From assembly GCA_050302075.1 (NCBI GenBank), contig JBNLAH010000005.1, forward strand, positions 96,001 to 160,000: a DNA stretch of 64,000 nucleotides, given 5' to 3'. Positions 1 through 11,064 of the stretch are shown in pieces; the first letter of the stretch is position 1, and each line of letters starts with the position of its first letter. The stretch is from Parachlamydiales bacterium. Its GTDB lineage: Bacteria; Chlamydiota; Chlamydiia; Chlamydiales; SM23-39. The notes under the pieces were generated by a model that was not told the origin of the DNA, searched no databases, and saw only the letters and a list, made by a program, of their open reading frames with translations. The translations under genes were made by a program, and so were the position numbers.

Positions 1-414
1 ATAGCAGAGGCTCTAAGTGATAAGAATGCAATTCAGAAGCACTCAGAAGAGCTAGCTTTAATTTCTGGCCAAAAACCAATTGTCACAAAGTCAAAAAAAT
101 CAATTTCAAACTTTAAATTGAGAGAAGGGTCGCCAATTGGGCTAAAAGTTACACTTAGAGGAAATAGAATGTATGATTTCCTTGATAGGTTTTGCAATAT
201 AGCATCACCTAGAATTAGTGACTTTAGAGGATTTAAATCTAAATGTGATGGGAGAGGGAACTTCCATGTCGGAATTTCAGATCAATTGATTTTTCCTGAG
301 ATAAATTTAGATAAAGTCACACGAAACCAAGGAATGAACATTGGTTTTATAACATCGGGAAACGATGAAGAGTGTGTTTTGCTTTTAAGAAAATTTGGAT
401 TCCCATTTAAGTAA
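1..414 (+). CDS. rplE: 50S ribosomal protein L5 (5' truncated by window edge)
   Basis: Frame 1 is open from base 1 (IAEALSDK...[39 protein letters not shown]); first gene of the visible spc block. Confidence 0.97.
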   Translation: MAEALSDKNAIQKHSEELALISGQKPIVTKSKKSISNFKLREGSPIGLKVTLRGNRMYDFLDRFCNIASPRISDFRGFKSKCDGRGNFHVGISDQLIFPEINLDKVTRNQGMNIGFITSGNDEECVLLLRKFGFPFK

Positions 415-430
415 TAGGAGATTATCGAGT

Positions 431-823
431 ATGTCATTTAACGATCCAATAGCTGACCTTTTAACTAGAATTAGAAATGCGTCAATGGCTCAGCATAAAT
501 TTGTTGATATCAACTTAAGCAAGATGGGAAAAAACATTGTGGAAATTCTGAAAAATTCAGGATTTATCGAAAACTATCTTGTAAGTGATCAGAAAAGAGG
601 AATTAGAATTTTTCTTAAATATGGTAAAAATCGCAAATCAGTAATTAGCCAATTAAAGAGAAAATCTTCTCCGGGCCTTAGAAGCTACGTTAAACATAAC
701 GAGATTCCTAGGGTAAAAAACGGACTCGGGATAGCTATCATTTCAACATCTAAGGGTGTTTTAGAAGGTGAAGCTGCTAGAGATCAGAAAATTGGCGGCG
801 AATTATTATGCGTTGTAGAGTGA
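431..823 (+). CDS. rpsH: 30S ribosomal protein S8
   Basis: MSFNDPIADLLTRIRNA...SSPGLR..GLGIAIISTSKG..GGELLC; ATG at 431 after AGGAG. Confidence 0.97.
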   Translation: MSFNDPIADLLTRIRNASMAQHKFVDINLSKMGKNIVEILKNSGFIENYLVSDQKRGIRIFLKYGKNRKSVISQLKRKSSPGLRSYVKHNEIPRVKNGLGIAIISTSKGVLEGEAARDQKIGGELLCVVE

Positions 824-830
824 GGTAAAA

Positions 831-1367
831 ATGTCTAGATTAGGAAATGCTCCAATACAGCTACCAAGTAATGTCGAAGTTAAAATTGCTTCGGAGAAAC
901 AGGTAACTGTAAAAGGACCAAAAGGAGAGTTGTCTCTGCAACTTTTGCATGGTGTTAGTGTTAATGTTGAAGAGAAAGTTGCGACCGTCAAGAATGAATC
1001 AACAACAAGTTCATTTCATGGCTTGTATCGTATGCTTTTAAAAAATATGGTAACAGGTGTTACAACTGGGTTTGAGAAAAAACTAACTTTAATTGGAGTT
1101 GGTTTTAAAGCTGCAACATCTGGAAATAAACTTATTTTACATGTCGGGTATTCTCTTCCAGTTGAACTCGATATTCCACAAGGGCTTGATGTTAAAGTTG
1201 ATAAAAATACTGTCATAATCATTTCTGGAATTGACAAACAAGCTGTTGGTCAGTTTTCTGCAGAAGTAAGAGCCAAAAGACCCCCAGAACCTTACAAAGG
1301 AAAGGGGATCCGTTATGAAAATGAGATTGTAAGGAAAAAAGCTGGAAAAGCTGCTAAGTCTAAATAA
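831..1367 (+). CDS. rplF: 50S ribosomal protein L6
   Basis: MSRLG..PI, VKGPKGEL, RPPEPYKGKGIRY. Confidence 0.98.
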   Translation: MSRLGNAPIQLPSNVEVKIASEKQVTVKGPKGELSLQLLHGVSVNVEEKVATVKNESTTSSFHGLYRMLLKNMVTGVTTGFEKKLTLIGVGFKAATSGNKLILHVGYSLPVELDIPQGLDVKVDKNTVIIISGIDKQAVGQFSAEVRAKRPPEPYKGKGIRYENEIVRKKAGKAAKSK

Positions 1368-1380
1368 TTAGGTATAAAAA

Positions 1381-1740
1381 ATGTTAAATGAGCTTAAGAA
1401 AAAAAATCACAAGCGTCGAATGAGAGTATTTCGAAATCGAAAAAAACTAAAAGGGACATCAGAAAGACCAAGACTCTGTGTTTGCAAAACTAATAAAAAC
1501 ATTTATCTACAACTTATTGATGATACAAAGGGATTAACACTTGCAGGCATTGGAACGCTATCAAAAGAAATTAATTTGAAAAAATCAAAGGATAGCGCAA
1601 AGATTCTAGGTACAAAAATTGCAGAACTTGCGAAAAAAAATAAAATTGAAAAAGTAGTTTTTGACCGAGGAAGATTTAAATACCATGGTATTGTGGCTGA
1701 AATTGCTGAAGCTGCAAGAGATGCAGGATTGAAATTTTAA
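1381..1740 (+). CDS. rplR: 50S ribosomal protein L18
   Basis: GTSERPRL, VVFDRGRFKYHG, AARDAGLKF. Confidence 0.97.
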   Translation: MLNELKKKNHKRRMRVFRNRKKLKGTSERPRLCVCKTNKNIYLQLIDDTKGLTLAGIGTLSKEINLKKSKDSAKILGTKIAELAKKNKIEKVVFDRGRFKYHGIVAEIAEAARDAGLKF

Positions 1741-1752
1741 AAATTAGGGACA

Positions 1753-2262
1753 ATGATGACCAAACAGCAAAATAAAAAAATTGACTTTGCAGAACTAACT
1801 ACGGACTTAGAAGAAAAAGTTCTTTTCATAAACCGATGCTCAAAAGTTGTTAAAGGCGGAAGGAAATTTAGTTTTTCAGCATTGATTTTAGTAGGTGATG
1901 GAGAAGGACATGTAGGTTATGGATTTGCAAAAGCAAATGAAGTTTCTGATGCTATTCGCAAAGGTTCTGAAGCTGCTAAAAAAAATATCATTACTTTTGA
2001 AATGGAAAACACTACCATTCCACATGAGGTAATTTACACTTGGGATGGAGCTAAAGTTCTCTTAAAACCAGCGCCAGAAGGAACTGGAGTAATTGCAGGG
2101 TCAAAAGTACGTGCAGTTTTAGAGTTAGCAGGAGTTAGAGACGTTGTTGCTAAAAGTCTTGGTTCTAATAATCCTCTTAACTTAGTAATAGCGACATTTA
2201 AAGCCTTAATGAGTTTGCAAAATAAAGCTGAATTATTGGAAATGAGAGGAGTGGGACAATGA
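1753..2262 (+). CDS. rpsE: 30S ribosomal protein S5
   Basis: [41 protein letters not shown]. Confidence 0.98.
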   Translation: MMTKQQNKKIDFAELTTDLEEKVLFINRCSKVVKGGRKFSFSALILVGDGEGHVGYGFAKANEVSDAIRKGSEAAKKNIITFEMENTTIPHEVIYTWDGAKVLLKPAPEGTGVIAGSKVRAVLELAGVRDVVAKSLGSNNPLNLVIATFKALMSLQNKAELLEMRGVGQ

Positions 2263-2711
2263 CTTTATTAAATGAATTGACTAATCATTCTTCAACTAAA
2301 CGTAAAAAAAGAGTTGGAAGAGGAACTTCTTCAGGTGTAGGTAAGACTTGTAGAAGAGGACAAAAAGGTGATGGATCCAGATCTGGTTATAAGCGTAGAC
2401 ATGGAAATAGCGGCGGTGCAATGCCATTACACATGAAAATGCCAATCAGAGGCTTTAGTAGAGCTAGATTTAAAAGAGAGGTATTTAATCTTTCTTTAGA
2501 TATGATCAACTCTATATTTAACGATGGTGAAACAGTCAGCATACAAACACTAGTTGACAAGAAGATTATATCTAAAAATATGAATCCTAACTTTAAAGTT
2601 TTATCATACGGTGAAATTACAAAGAAAATTAAAAAGATTGAGGCCAATGGTTTTTCTAAACAAGCAAAAATGAAGCTTGAAGATAAATCAATTCCTTGCG
2701 AAATTGTATAA
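2259..2711 (+). CDS. rplO: 50S ribosomal protein L15
   Basis: [25 protein letters not shown]; lies before secY. Confidence 0.95.
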   Translation: MTLLNELTNHSSTKRKKRVGRGTSSGVGKTCRRGQKGDGSRSGYKRRHGNSGGAMPLHMKMPIRGFSRARFKREVFNLSLDMINSIFNDGETVSIQTLVDKKIISKNMNPNFKVLSYGEITKKIKKIEANGFSKQAKMKLEDKSIPCEIV

Positions 2712-2732
2712 AAAAATTTTGTGGTTTAAAGC

Positions 2733-4103
2733 ATGATAAGCGCGCTAAAAAGGATTTTTAGTATACCTGAACTCCGATCGAAAATTGTCTTCACGCTGTT
2801 GATGTTAGGCGTCTGCCGAATTGGAGCCTTTGTCCCAGTTCCAGGAATTAACACGGAAGCTGCTATAAATGTTTTCAAAAATGCAACAGGCGGCGGACAA
2901 AACTTATTTCAGCTCATGGATATTTTTTCAGGTGGTGCTTTTGCTCAGATGACGATTATTGCATTAGGAGTAATGCCATATATATCTGCATCAATTATCA
3001 TGCAGCTTTTACTTGCGCTAGTTCCATCTTTGCAAAGAGATATTCGAGAAAGTGCAGATATGGGGAGAAAAAAACTTGCTAAATGGACCCGTTTGGCTAC
3101 ACTTTTGTTGGCAATGTTTCAATCTGCTATTTTTGCTGGATATGCAATAAACATGAATTTTGCTACGCCTGGAGTTATCGTAGGGCCTTTGTTGAGTGTT
3201 ACTGCTTTTAATATCCCTCTTTTTTTCTATTTGACAGTTATGATAACTATGACAACGGGTACACTTTTTTTAATGTGGATTGGAGAGCAAATCACTGAAA
3301 GAGGTATTGGGAATGGAATTAGCTTGATAATTTCTATTGGTATCTTATCTTCACTTCCTTCAACAATTGGAACTATCATCAAGCAATTAAACTTAGAGTC
3401 CCAAGAACCTGGGCAACTAAGTTTTGTTTCTCTACTGGTCTTAGCTGCAATTTTTGTATTCATAATCATTGGAACGATCTTGATTATTCAAGGACAAAGA
3501 AAAATTCCATTACAGCATGCCAGAAGAGTAGTTGGTAGACATGAGGTTCAAGGAAGTAGTGCACATATACCACTTAAATTAAATTATGCTGGTGTAATAC
3601 CTGTAATTTTTGCCTCTTCTTTACTTATGTTTCCAGCAACTGTTGCACAACTTTTAGGTAAAAATTCCTGGTTGAGCTCAGTTGCAGCTTGGCTTTCACC
3701 AGGTACTTGGGGTTATACTTCTCTTTATGTAATGTTGATAATATTTTTTACCTACTTTTGGACTTCAACGCAATTTAGGCCTGACCAAATTGCGTCAGAT
3801 ATGAAAAAAAATGGGGCATTTATACCGGGGATTAGACAAGGAAAGCCTACACAAGATTTTTTAGAAGCTACTATGAATAGGATAACTTTAGCTGGGGCTT
3901 TGTCCCTTGCACTGATTGCAATACTCCCTACTATAGTAGGAAGTATTTTAAATATAGATGCAAGAACAAGTCATTTCTTTGGAGGGACTTCTCTATTAAT
4001 ACTAGTAGGAGTTATTTTAGATACGACTAAACAAATTGAATCTCATCTGCTTATGAAAAGATATGATGGGTTTATGAAAAGAGGGAAGCTAAGAGGTCGC
4101 TAA
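2733..4103 (+). CDS. secY: Preprotein translocase subunit SecY
   Basis: About 10 TM segments, ALGVMPYISASIIMQL, GEQITERGIGNG, FIPGIRQG, GGTSLLI. Confidence 0.99.
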   Translation: MISALKRIFSIPELRSKIVFTLLMLGVCRIGAFVPVPGINTEAAINVFKNATGGGQNLFQLMDIFSGGAFAQMTIIALGVMPYISASIIMQLLLALVPSLQRDIRESADMGRKKLAKWTRLATLLLAMFQSAIFAGYAINMNFATPGVIVGPLLSVTAFNIPLFFYLTVMITMTTGTLFLMWIGEQITERGIGNGISLIISIGILSSLPSTIGTIIKQLNLESQEPGQLSFVSLLVLAAIFVFIIIGTILIIQGQRKIPLQHARRVVGRHEVQGSSAHIPLKLNYAGVIPVIFASSLLMFPATVAQLLGKNSWLSSVAAWLSPGTWGYTSLYVMLIIFFTYFWTSTQFRPDQIASDMKKNGAFIPGIRQGKPTQDFLEATMNRITLAGALSLALIAILPTIVGSILNIDARTSHFFGGTSLLILVGVILDTTKQIESHLLMKRYDGFMKRGKLRGR

Positions 4104-4163
4104 TCATTGTGAATTAACCTCTTTTGTGTTATCTTTTTTCAAGTTAAAAAAGGATTGATTAAT

Positions 4164-4532
4164 ATGCCAAGAATAATTGGAATTGATATACCAGACAACA
4201 AACGACTAATAATTAGTTTAACATATATTTATGGAGTTGGACCTAAAGTCGCAGAAGAAATCATTGAACGACTAGGCTTCGATCCAAACATGAAAGCAAG
4301 AAATCTAACACAAGATGACTTAGCAAAACTAAACTCCTTGCTTCAGTCTGAATATACAGTTGAAGGGGATCTTAGAAGACAAGTTCAAAATAATATTAAA
4401 CGTCTTATTAGCATTCATAGCTATAGAGGTCTAAGACATAGAGTTGGACTTCCTGTTAGAGGTCAAAGAACTCGAACAAACTCTAGGACTAGAAAAGGAA
4501 AGAAAAAAACAATTGCTAATAAGAAAATGTAA
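4164..4532 (+). CDS. rpsM: 30S ribosomal protein S13
   Basis: MPRIIGIDIP..LTYIYGVG..YRGLRHRVGLPVRGQRTRTN; ATG 4164 preferred over the upstream TTG. Confidence 0.98.
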   Translation: MPRIIGIDIPDNKRLIISLTYIYGVGPKVAEEIIERLGFDPNMKARNLTQDDLAKLNSLLQSEYTVEGDLRRQVQNNIKRLISIHSYRGLRHRVGLPVRGQRTRTNSRTRKGKKKTIANKKM

Positions 4533-4554
4533 GAAAATGTAAGGAGATTCGACC

Positions 4555-4974
4555 TTGGCAAAGCAAGAAAAAAAATCAACAGCTAGTAAGACAGGTATTA
4601 GAAGACCTAAGAAAAAAAATCAAAGAATAATTCCAAGCGGTGTAGCCTATGTAAAAGCTACATTTAACAATACTCTGATCTCAATTACAGACCCAGGCGG
4701 GAATGTGATTGCTTGGTCATCAGCTGGAAAATCAAGATTTAGCGGATCCAGAAAATCGACTGCGTTTGCATCAACAGTTGCAGCTCAAGATGCAGGAAAG
4801 GAAGCAATGGCATGTGGAATGAAGGAATGTGAGGTGGTATTGAAGGGACCAGGAGCTGGAAGAGAAGCTGCTGTTAGAGGACTTCAGAGCGCTGGTTTGA
4901 CTATAACTGTAATTAAAGATAATACACCTATTCCACATAATGGATGTAGGGCAAGAAAAAGAAGACGTGTGTAG
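4555..4974 (+). CDS. rpsK: 30S ribosomal protein S11
   Basis: [30 protein letters not shown] start after AGGAG. Confidence 0.98.
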   Translation: MAKQEKKSTASKTGIRRPKKKNQRIIPSGVAYVKATFNNTLISITDPGGNVIAWSSAGKSRFSGSRKSTAFASTVAAQDAGKEAMACGMKECEVVLKGPGAGREAAVRGLQSAGLTITVIKDNTPIPHNGCRARKRRRV

Positions 4975-5004
4975 ATAACACTTTAAGCTAGAAGGAGAAT
5001 AAAA

Positions 5005-6099
5005 ATGGCAGTTAAGTATGGCATATTTCAAATGCCTGAAAAAATTAAAATTGAAGATGCAGATGATAAGCAAACCTATGCGAAATTCATTATTGAGCCA
5101 TTTGAAAGAGGTTTCGGCCATACGATTGGAAATAGTCTTCGCAGAGTAATGCTAAGCTCACTTGAGTCTCCAGCTGTTATCTCAATCAGAATAGAAGGAG
5201 TCCCTCACGAATATACCGCAATTGACGGTGTTAAAGAAGATATGACTCATATTGTCTTAAAAATGAAAGATGCGTTACTTAGAAAATTACCACAAGAAGA
5301 AGATCGTTATTCTCGTGAGACAAAACTGCTTACAAATGTTTTAGAAGTAACAGATGCAGACCTCGAAAAGGGAAATGGAGAATACAATGTCACTTTAAAA
5401 GACATGTTCGGAAATATTGATTTTGAAATTGTTAATCCGGATCTGCACGTTTTCACAGTTACAAGACCCATGTCAAAGCGGATTGATATTAGAGTAGGGA
5501 TTGGTAGAGGCTATACCCCTTCTGAAAGGCATGAGTTTGAGCGAATGGTAGATGAAATTGTTATTGATACCGCATTTTCTCCAGTTAGACTCGTTAATTA
5601 CTATGTAACGAATACTAGGGTTGGACAAGACACAGACTTTGATTGTTTGATAGTTGAGGTTTCAACAGACGGTAGAGTTACTCCGCAAGAAGCTTTGGCT
5701 TTTGCATCACAAGTTATAACTGAGCATCATGAAGTATTTAAGCTTCTAAACAAACCTTCGATCACTTTTGACAAGGGTGAAGTTGAAATTAATAAAGATC
5801 GTGATGAAATTTTACAGAAACTAGCTCTAAAAATTAATGAGATCGAGCTTTCTGTTCGCTCAACAAATTGTTTAGCAAGCGCAAATATTGACACGATTGG
5901 TGAGCTTGTTGTAATGCCAGAATCTGATATGTTGAGATTTAGAAATTTTGGTAAAAAATCATTAAATGAAATTAAAGCTAAGCTAGAAGATATGGGGCTT
6001 GGTTTAGGAATGGACTTATCAAAATACGGCATTAATCGTGATAACATCAAAGAAGTTATTGAAAAATATAAAGAAGAAACTGCAGGTAGCGAATCATGA
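5005..6099 (+). CDS. rpoA: DNA-directed RNA polymerase subunit alpha
   Basis: [37 protein letters not shown]. Confidence 0.99.
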   Translation: MAVKYGIFQMPEKIKIEDADDKQTYAKFIIEPFERGFGHTIGNSLRRVMLSSLESPAVISIRIEGVPHEYTAIDGVKEDMTHIVLKMKDALLRKLPQEEDRYSRETKLLTNVLEVTDADLEKGNGEYNVTLKDMFGNIDFEIVNPDLHVFTVTRPMSKRIDIRVGIGRGYTPSERHEFERMVDEIVIDTAFSPVRLVNYYVTNTRVGQDTDFDCLIVEVSTDGRVTPQEALAFASQVITEHHEVFKLLNKPSITFDKGEVEINKDRDEILQKLALKINEIELSVRSTNCLASANIDTIGELVVMPESDMLRFRNFGKKSLNEIKAKLEDMGLGLGMDLSKYGINRDNIKEVIEKYKEETAGSES

Positions 6100-6524
6100 G
6101 ACATGCAAAGCGTAGAAACAAATTAGGTCGGACAAGTTCTCATAGAAATTGTATGATTTCTAATATGTTAAAAGACTTGATTGACAAAGAACGAATTGTA
6201 ACAACTCTAGCTAAAGCTAAAGAACTTAGAAGACATGCCGATAAAATGATTACAATTGCAAAAAAAGAAAATACATTAGCAAGTATTAGAGCTGCAAAAA
6301 GTATTTTGAAATTGCAGTATAATCATCTTTCTCCTAAGGAAGCTAGAAAAGCAAAAGAAGGCGATAAAAGTGCTTATAACACTGATAGAAAAGTCTTAGA
6401 AAAGCTTTTTGGCGAACTTAAGTCTAGATATACTGATAGGCAAGGTGGCTATACAAGGATCATTAAAGAGACTTTTAGAGTAGGTGACGCATCTCCCACT
6501 TGTATTATTGAATATATCAAGTAG
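6096..6524 (+). CDS. rplQ: 50S ribosomal protein L17
   Basis: [28 protein letters not shown]. Confidence 0.98.
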   Translation: MRHAKRRNKLGRTSSHRNCMISNMLKDLIDKERIVTTLAKAKELRRHADKMITIAKKENTLASIRAAKSILKLQYNHLSPKEARKAKEGDKSAYNTDRKVLEKLFGELKSRYTDRQGGYTRIIKETFRVGDASPTCIIEYIK

Positions 6525-6617
6525 CAAAAAAAGGTACCTATAAAAGTAACTTTACTTTCCATGGTGCCTTAGATATTATTTGATTTTTCAAAACTTTACA
6601 AAGCGGAGTATTTACCT

Positions 6618-7625
6618 ATGTCTTTAAGAATTGCTATAAATGGGTTTGGAAGAATTGGAAGACTTGTATATCGCATTGCTCACCAAAATGAGAATATAGA
6701 AGTTGTAGCTATCAATGATTTAGTACCAGCAGATAACCTAGCTTATTTGCTCAAGTACGATACTGCCCATGGTGAATTCATAGGGGAGGTCACTGCTAAA
6801 GAAGAAGCTCTGATAGTAGATGGTAAGCCTACAAAAATCTTTTCCGAAAAAGATCCCAAAAATCTCCCATGGAAGTCATTGAATGTTGATTTCGTTGTAG
6901 AGTCAACAGGTTTTTTCACCAAGCTAGAAGATGCTGAAAAGCATATCGAAGCAGGTGCTAAGAGGGTTGTTATCTCAGCTCCCGGAAAAGGTGATATGCC
7001 AACTTTAGTTGTTGGAGTAAACCATGAGGCGTATGATCCTAAAAAACATAAAGTAGTTTGTAATGCATCTTGTACAACAAACTGTTTAGCCCCATTAACT
7101 AAAGTTCTTTTAGATAACTTTGGAATTGAAGAAGGATTGATGTCTACAATCCATGCTGTGACAGCATCTCAACCAACTGTCGATGGACCTAGCAAGAAAG
7201 ATTTTAGGGGAGGTAGGTCTGCTTTTGGCAACATTATTCCAGCTTCTACTGGAGCTGCCAAAGCAGTAGCTAAATGTTTACCCCAAATTGAAGGAAAAAT
7301 CACTGGAATGGCATTTAGGGTTCCAGTAATAGATGTTTCTGTTGTTGACTTAACAGTTAAATTGTCAAAATCAACGACATATGATGAAATTTGCGAGGTA
7401 ATGAAAAAAGAAGCAAATTCTTCGCTGAAAAACATATTGATGTACTGCGATGAAGACATTGTTTCATCAGATTGCATTGGCAATTCCCACTCTTGTATTT
7501 TTGATAAAAAAGCAGGAATTGCTTTGAATGATAAGTTTTATAAGTTAGTAGCCTGGTATGATAACGAAATGGGATATTCATATAGAGTAGTTGACTTGAT
7601 TGAATACATGGCTTCAAAAGAATAA
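6618..7625 (+). CDS. gapA: Type I glyceraldehyde-3-phosphate dehydrogenase
   Basis: [37 protein letters not shown]. Confidence 0.99.
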   Translation: MSLRIAINGFGRIGRLVYRIAHQNENIEVVAINDLVPADNLAYLLKYDTAHGEFIGEVTAKEEALIVDGKPTKIFSEKDPKNLPWKSLNVDFVVESTGFFTKLEDAEKHIEAGAKRVVISAPGKGDMPTLVVGVNHEAYDPKKHKVVCNASCTTNCLAPLTKVLLDNFGIEEGLMSTIHAVTASQPTVDGPSKKDFRGGRSAFGNIIPASTGAAKAVAKCLPQIEGKITGMAFRVPVIDVSVVDLTVKLSKSTTYDEICEVMKKEANSSLKNILMYCDEDIVSSDCIGNSHSCIFDKKAGIALNDKFYKLVAWYDNEMGYSYRVVDLIEYMASKE

Positions 7626-7640
7626 AAAAGGAAGGTATAC

Positions 7641-8324
7641 GTGAATTTCACAAGAGATCCTGTTGTTGAAACAGTAATTACGCCCAAAGAAGGTTGTAAA
7701 TTAGTAGTAAGAAGCAGCAAAGGCAATGAAGGCGAAGACTATTATGTAGACGCTGTAGAAATTGTCTCATTTGGAAATTTTTTGTTCTTTCGTTCACTTG
7801 AAAGACCAAAATCTTTTCTTTTGCCTGTAAGTGATTACGAAGTTTTAGAGTTAAAAGAAACTAGAATGGTTTTGAAAACCGCAAGCTCAGAAAAGTCAAT
7901 TAAAATAGGGACTTCTAAGAAAGAAGAATCTTCAGAAGAAACTGAAAAACAAACAACAGACAAAAGGAAGAGAAGATCACGCAAAAGAAAAGCTCCAGAT
8001 CACAAAAAGAAAATCGAGAAGGAAGCTATTCCATCTGAAATCTTAGAAAAAGAAAAGCCTGTAGTTGCACCCAAAGAAGAAACACCAGAGGTAAAACCAA
8101 GTACTTTTACTAGGATATTTCCTCCTCCTTCTACATTGATAAAAGAAAAGTTATCTAAAGCAAAAGAAAGTGAACTTCCTAGTGAGGATATCTTTACAAA
8201 GGACATAGAAAAACCAAAATTAGAAAAAGAAGATAAGGAGCTATCTAAAGTGGCTATTGAATCTTCTGGAGCTCCTCAAAGAAAAGAAAATAACAATGAA
8301 GAAGAAAATAATAAACCAGAATAG
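7641..8324 (+). CDS. grgA: Chlamydial transcription factor GrgA homolog (CT504-like)
   Basis: N-terminus FTRDPVVETVIT..EG.KL.VR, FLLPVSDYEV, basic K/R stretch and PPP..LI motif as recalled for Chlamydia GrgA; lies after gapA. Confidence 0.85.
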   Translation: MNFTRDPVVETVITPKEGCKLVVRSSKGNEGEDYYVDAVEIVSFGNFLFFRSLERPKSFLLPVSDYEVLELKETRMVLKTASSEKSIKIGTSKKEESSEETEKQTTDKRKRRSRKRKAPDHKKKIEKEAIPSEILEKEKPVVAPKEETPEVKPSTFTRIFPPPSTLIKEKLSKAKESELPSEDIFTKDIEKPKLEKEDKELSKVAIESSGAPQRKENNNEEENNKPE

Positions 8325-8377
8325 TCTTTTTATTGACTAAAAGACCTCATTGCGTTTATTTTTTATTCCTAAATTGT

Positions 8378-8461
8378 GCTCGGGTGGTGGAATTGGTAGA
8401 CACTAGGGACTTAAAATCCCTTGCCCTTTTGGGCGTGAAGGTTCGAGTCCTTTCCCGAGCA
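8378..8461 (+). tRNA. tRNA-Leu (anticodon UAA), CCA not encoded
   Basis: GCTCGGG/CCCGAGC acceptor stem, TGGTAGAC D-loop, AGGGA-CTTAAAA-TCCCT anticodon arm, long variable arm GCCC-TTTT-GGGC, GTTCGAGTC T-loop. Confidence 0.97.
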
Positions 8462-8622
8462 AATTTGTAAGTCAAAGGGTTATGAGCAGACAGAGCTGAT
8501 GGTTATAACTCTATTAAATTAAAATGACACACTGCTTACACATTCTCAAATGATAAATATGGATATTTCAAAATAAAATCCACGCGCTAAGAAGACAGAA
8601 TTTCATTAAAGAAGGAGTTTTT

Positions 8623-9903
8623 ATGGCGGTTACTTTATCAACAGCTGCGATTTGTTTTATTGCCTGTCATGGAGGCGCTGCTAATCACTTCGCTGTTTAT
8701 GCTAAAGATTTAATGAGAAAAGGACATTCTGTCCAGATTTACGCAACAGGTCCTGCTTTAAAGAAATTCCAAGAGTACAATATTGAAGGGCTACACGAAT
8801 TTTCATTAGAAGATGGTAGGTCAGAAGAGCAAGTAGCTGAGGAAATAGCTGCAAAATGCCAAAGAGCATCTGCTGTAATTACTGATGTTGGGCATATTTT
8901 TGATGTCGCTCTCCAGATAGGGTTGGCAAATGTTGCTCCAAGAGTGAAGCGAATTGCCTATTATGATAATCCTGAGCCATACGTTCCTGGTGGATATTCT
9001 GAGATAGCCTCTCAGGTAATGCGACATGCTCATAAAGTTTTATTTGCAAATGCTAACCTTGCAACAACCCCTATTTATCAGACACCGACTGTAGAAGTAC
9101 CTTTATCGTATGATAGCAAAATAGGCCTTGGGTATTATCCTCTTCAGCAGGCGCAAGAAATCGCAAAAAGAAGAGCTAGTGAACAAACCCAAGTGCGCTC
9201 TGCATTTTTTTCTCGTTATGATATGGCTGATAAGGGACAAAAAGTCTTTGTCTATGCAGGAGGAAATAATGAAGCATACTTCTCTCTAGCACTACCAGCT
9301 TGTCTTCAATTTGTTGGTGATTTAAGTACTGAACAAGATTTATCCGACATTATTATTGTGCTGCAACAGCACCCTGGAGCAAAAACAAAAAATATTGACG
9401 CGCATCTTGTCGAGAAATGGTTGAATCAGCATGGAAATAGTGCACACTCACCAAATATTATCATTTCAGATATGAGTACAGATGAGGCATTAGTTCTGGC
9501 TGATACAATGCTCTACTATCAAACGAGCATGGGACCACAATTCGTTCTTGCTGGTATTCCGACAGTTCAAATCGGCCATGAATGTTATGAAGATATTCTT
9601 GTGAAAAATAATTTGTGCTTAGTTGTGAATAGTACAGAAGGGCTTTTATCTGCTTTGCAAACTTTGCAAAAAAGGGAGTCACAGGCATCTTCTGAGGTTG
9701 TAGAAGAGAGGTTGGGTATTTGCTCGGACTGGTCTGAGAGATTGGAAAAAGTAGTAAGTGATAGATTAGAATGTCAGTTGGGTGCTTCTGGTTCAAGTGG
9801 CTGTAACAGCTTTTTTTCTTCTAAATACCTTTTTGCCGCTATAGCAGTGCCCATTATTAGTTATGCTGCATTTCGTTTGTTTAAGCGTTTTGTTAAATCT
9901 TAG
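8623..9903 (+). CDS. Hypothetical GT-B-fold glycosyltransferase-like protein with C-terminal membrane anchor
   Basis: Rossmann-like start ICFIACHGGAANHF; IVLQQHPG and ADTMLYYQTSMGPQFVLAGIPTVQIG resemble the C-domain of GT-B enzymes; hydrophobic tail followed by basic residues; SD AAGGAG. Confidence 0.5.
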   Translation: MAVTLSTAAICFIACHGGAANHFAVYAKDLMRKGHSVQIYATGPALKKFQEYNIEGLHEFSLEDGRSEEQVAEEIAAKCQRASAVITDVGHIFDVALQIGLANVAPRVKRIAYYDNPEPYVPGGYSEIASQVMRHAHKVLFANANLATTPIYQTPTVEVPLSYDSKIGLGYYPLQQAQEIAKRRASEQTQVRSAFFSRYDMADKGQKVFVYAGGNNEAYFSLALPACLQFVGDLSTEQDLSDIIIVLQQHPGAKTKNIDAHLVEKWLNQHGNSAHSPNIIISDMSTDEALVLADTMLYYQTSMGPQFVLAGIPTVQIGHECYEDILVKNNLCLVVNSTEGLLSALQTLQKRESQASSEVVEERLGICSDWSERLEKVVSDRLECQLGASGSSGCNSFFSSKYLFAAIAVPIISYAAFRLFKRFVKS

Positions 9904-9917
9904 AAAATCAAACTAGT

Positions 9918-10877
9918 ATGAAAACCTTTCTTTGTTTACTAGCTTTTTGTGTTCTATGTGGGAATTTTAATCTCTTTGCTAGACGGCACAACATCCAATT
10001 TACGCGAGAAGATGGATCCACTGTTGATGGATATTTTGATCGACCGGATAGCGAAGCAGAAGTTCCTGTCGTGGTATTCATCGATGGTTCTTTCGAAACT
10101 AGTGTAACCATCAGTCATGACAAGTTAGCTGCTCGCTTCAATCAAAGAAAAATCGGTCTTATTTCCCTTGAAAAAAGAGGGATCACACTTGAGAAGATCG
10201 ATTTCAATGAATTTAGAGCACATGACTGTTTTGAAGAAAGACTTCAAGATTATGTTCTCTTGCTCAACCAGCTCAAAGATCGAAAAATCCCGGGATGTAA
10301 TGGTCGCATTGTTTTACTCGGTGGATCTGAAGGAGGCAAGATTGCTCCTCGTTTGAGTCTGGAGTTTCCGATAGCAGTTCAAGGAATTGTTCTTATTGGG
10401 TCTGGAGGAGGGCTTCCCTTTGGAGAGGAAATGAAGTATCAATATCAGAAGTTGATACAACTAATGGGTACTTTTAAACAGCTTAGCTATAAGCTAAGAG
10501 GACTTATATTTCCAAAGGAAATCGAGAATTGTTACGAAAAAATGCTTAGTCATCCTGAGAGCTTAGAGATGTATAGCTCAAAAACCTGGAAGTGGTTTGC
10601 TTCATACCTTCGTTATGACTTGTTGTCTGACCTTTTGAAAGTCGAAGCACCTATCTACATGATTCATGGAGAAAAAGACATCATGGTGCCAATTAAGAGC
10701 GCAGATCTTGTCCAAGTAGCATTCAATCAAGCTGGCAAGACAAACCTTCATTATGCTCGTTACGATGATCTAGGTCATGCTCTAGCAGGGCATGAGGAGG
10801 TGTATGCACTTATGCTTGATTGGATATGTGATAAAAGTTTTCCCAATACTTCTTTCGATAATTTTAAGCCTGAATAA
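9918..10877 (+). CDS. Exported alpha/beta hydrolase (S9/esterase-like)
   Basis: Signal peptide; GGSEGG nucleophile elbow, HGEKD acid, DLGH histidine. Confidence 0.85.
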   Translation: MKTFLCLLAFCVLCGNFNLFARRHNIQFTREDGSTVDGYFDRPDSEAEVPVVVFIDGSFETSVTISHDKLAARFNQRKIGLISLEKRGITLEKIDFNEFRAHDCFEERLQDYVLLLNQLKDRKIPGCNGRIVLLGGSEGGKIAPRLSLEFPIAVQGIVLIGSGGGLPFGEEMKYQYQKLIQLMGTFKQLSYKLRGLIFPKEIENCYEKMLSHPESLEMYSSKTWKWFASYLRYDLLSDLLKVEAPIYMIHGEKDIMVPIKSADLVQVAFNQAGKTNLHYARYDDLGHALAGHEEVYALMLDWICDKSFPNTSFDNFKPE

Positions 10878-11064
10878 AGCCTACCTGAAAAGTTTTTAAA
10901 TAATCTAAAAGATCACAAGATTCCCTGTCATAAACTTTAACTCTAGCTCTGGAGTTAAATATCTAAACAGCAATCAATATAGATTGCGAAGAAACAAATT
11001 AATTTTATAGAATCACAGCCCAAAATACTGAAAACTCACAAATTACTTTTTTAATAGGTATTAT

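Noticed and set aside
4520..4543. 10-nt tandem duplication TAAGAAAATG x2 at the rpsM stop
   Set aside because: Only two copies, probably a slippage event; no reading frame is disrupted
1..6524. rpsN, rpmD, adk, map, infA, rpmJ and rpsD missing from the spc/alpha operon
   Set aside because: This is the usual Chlamydiota arrangement as I know it; useful for taxonomy, not novel
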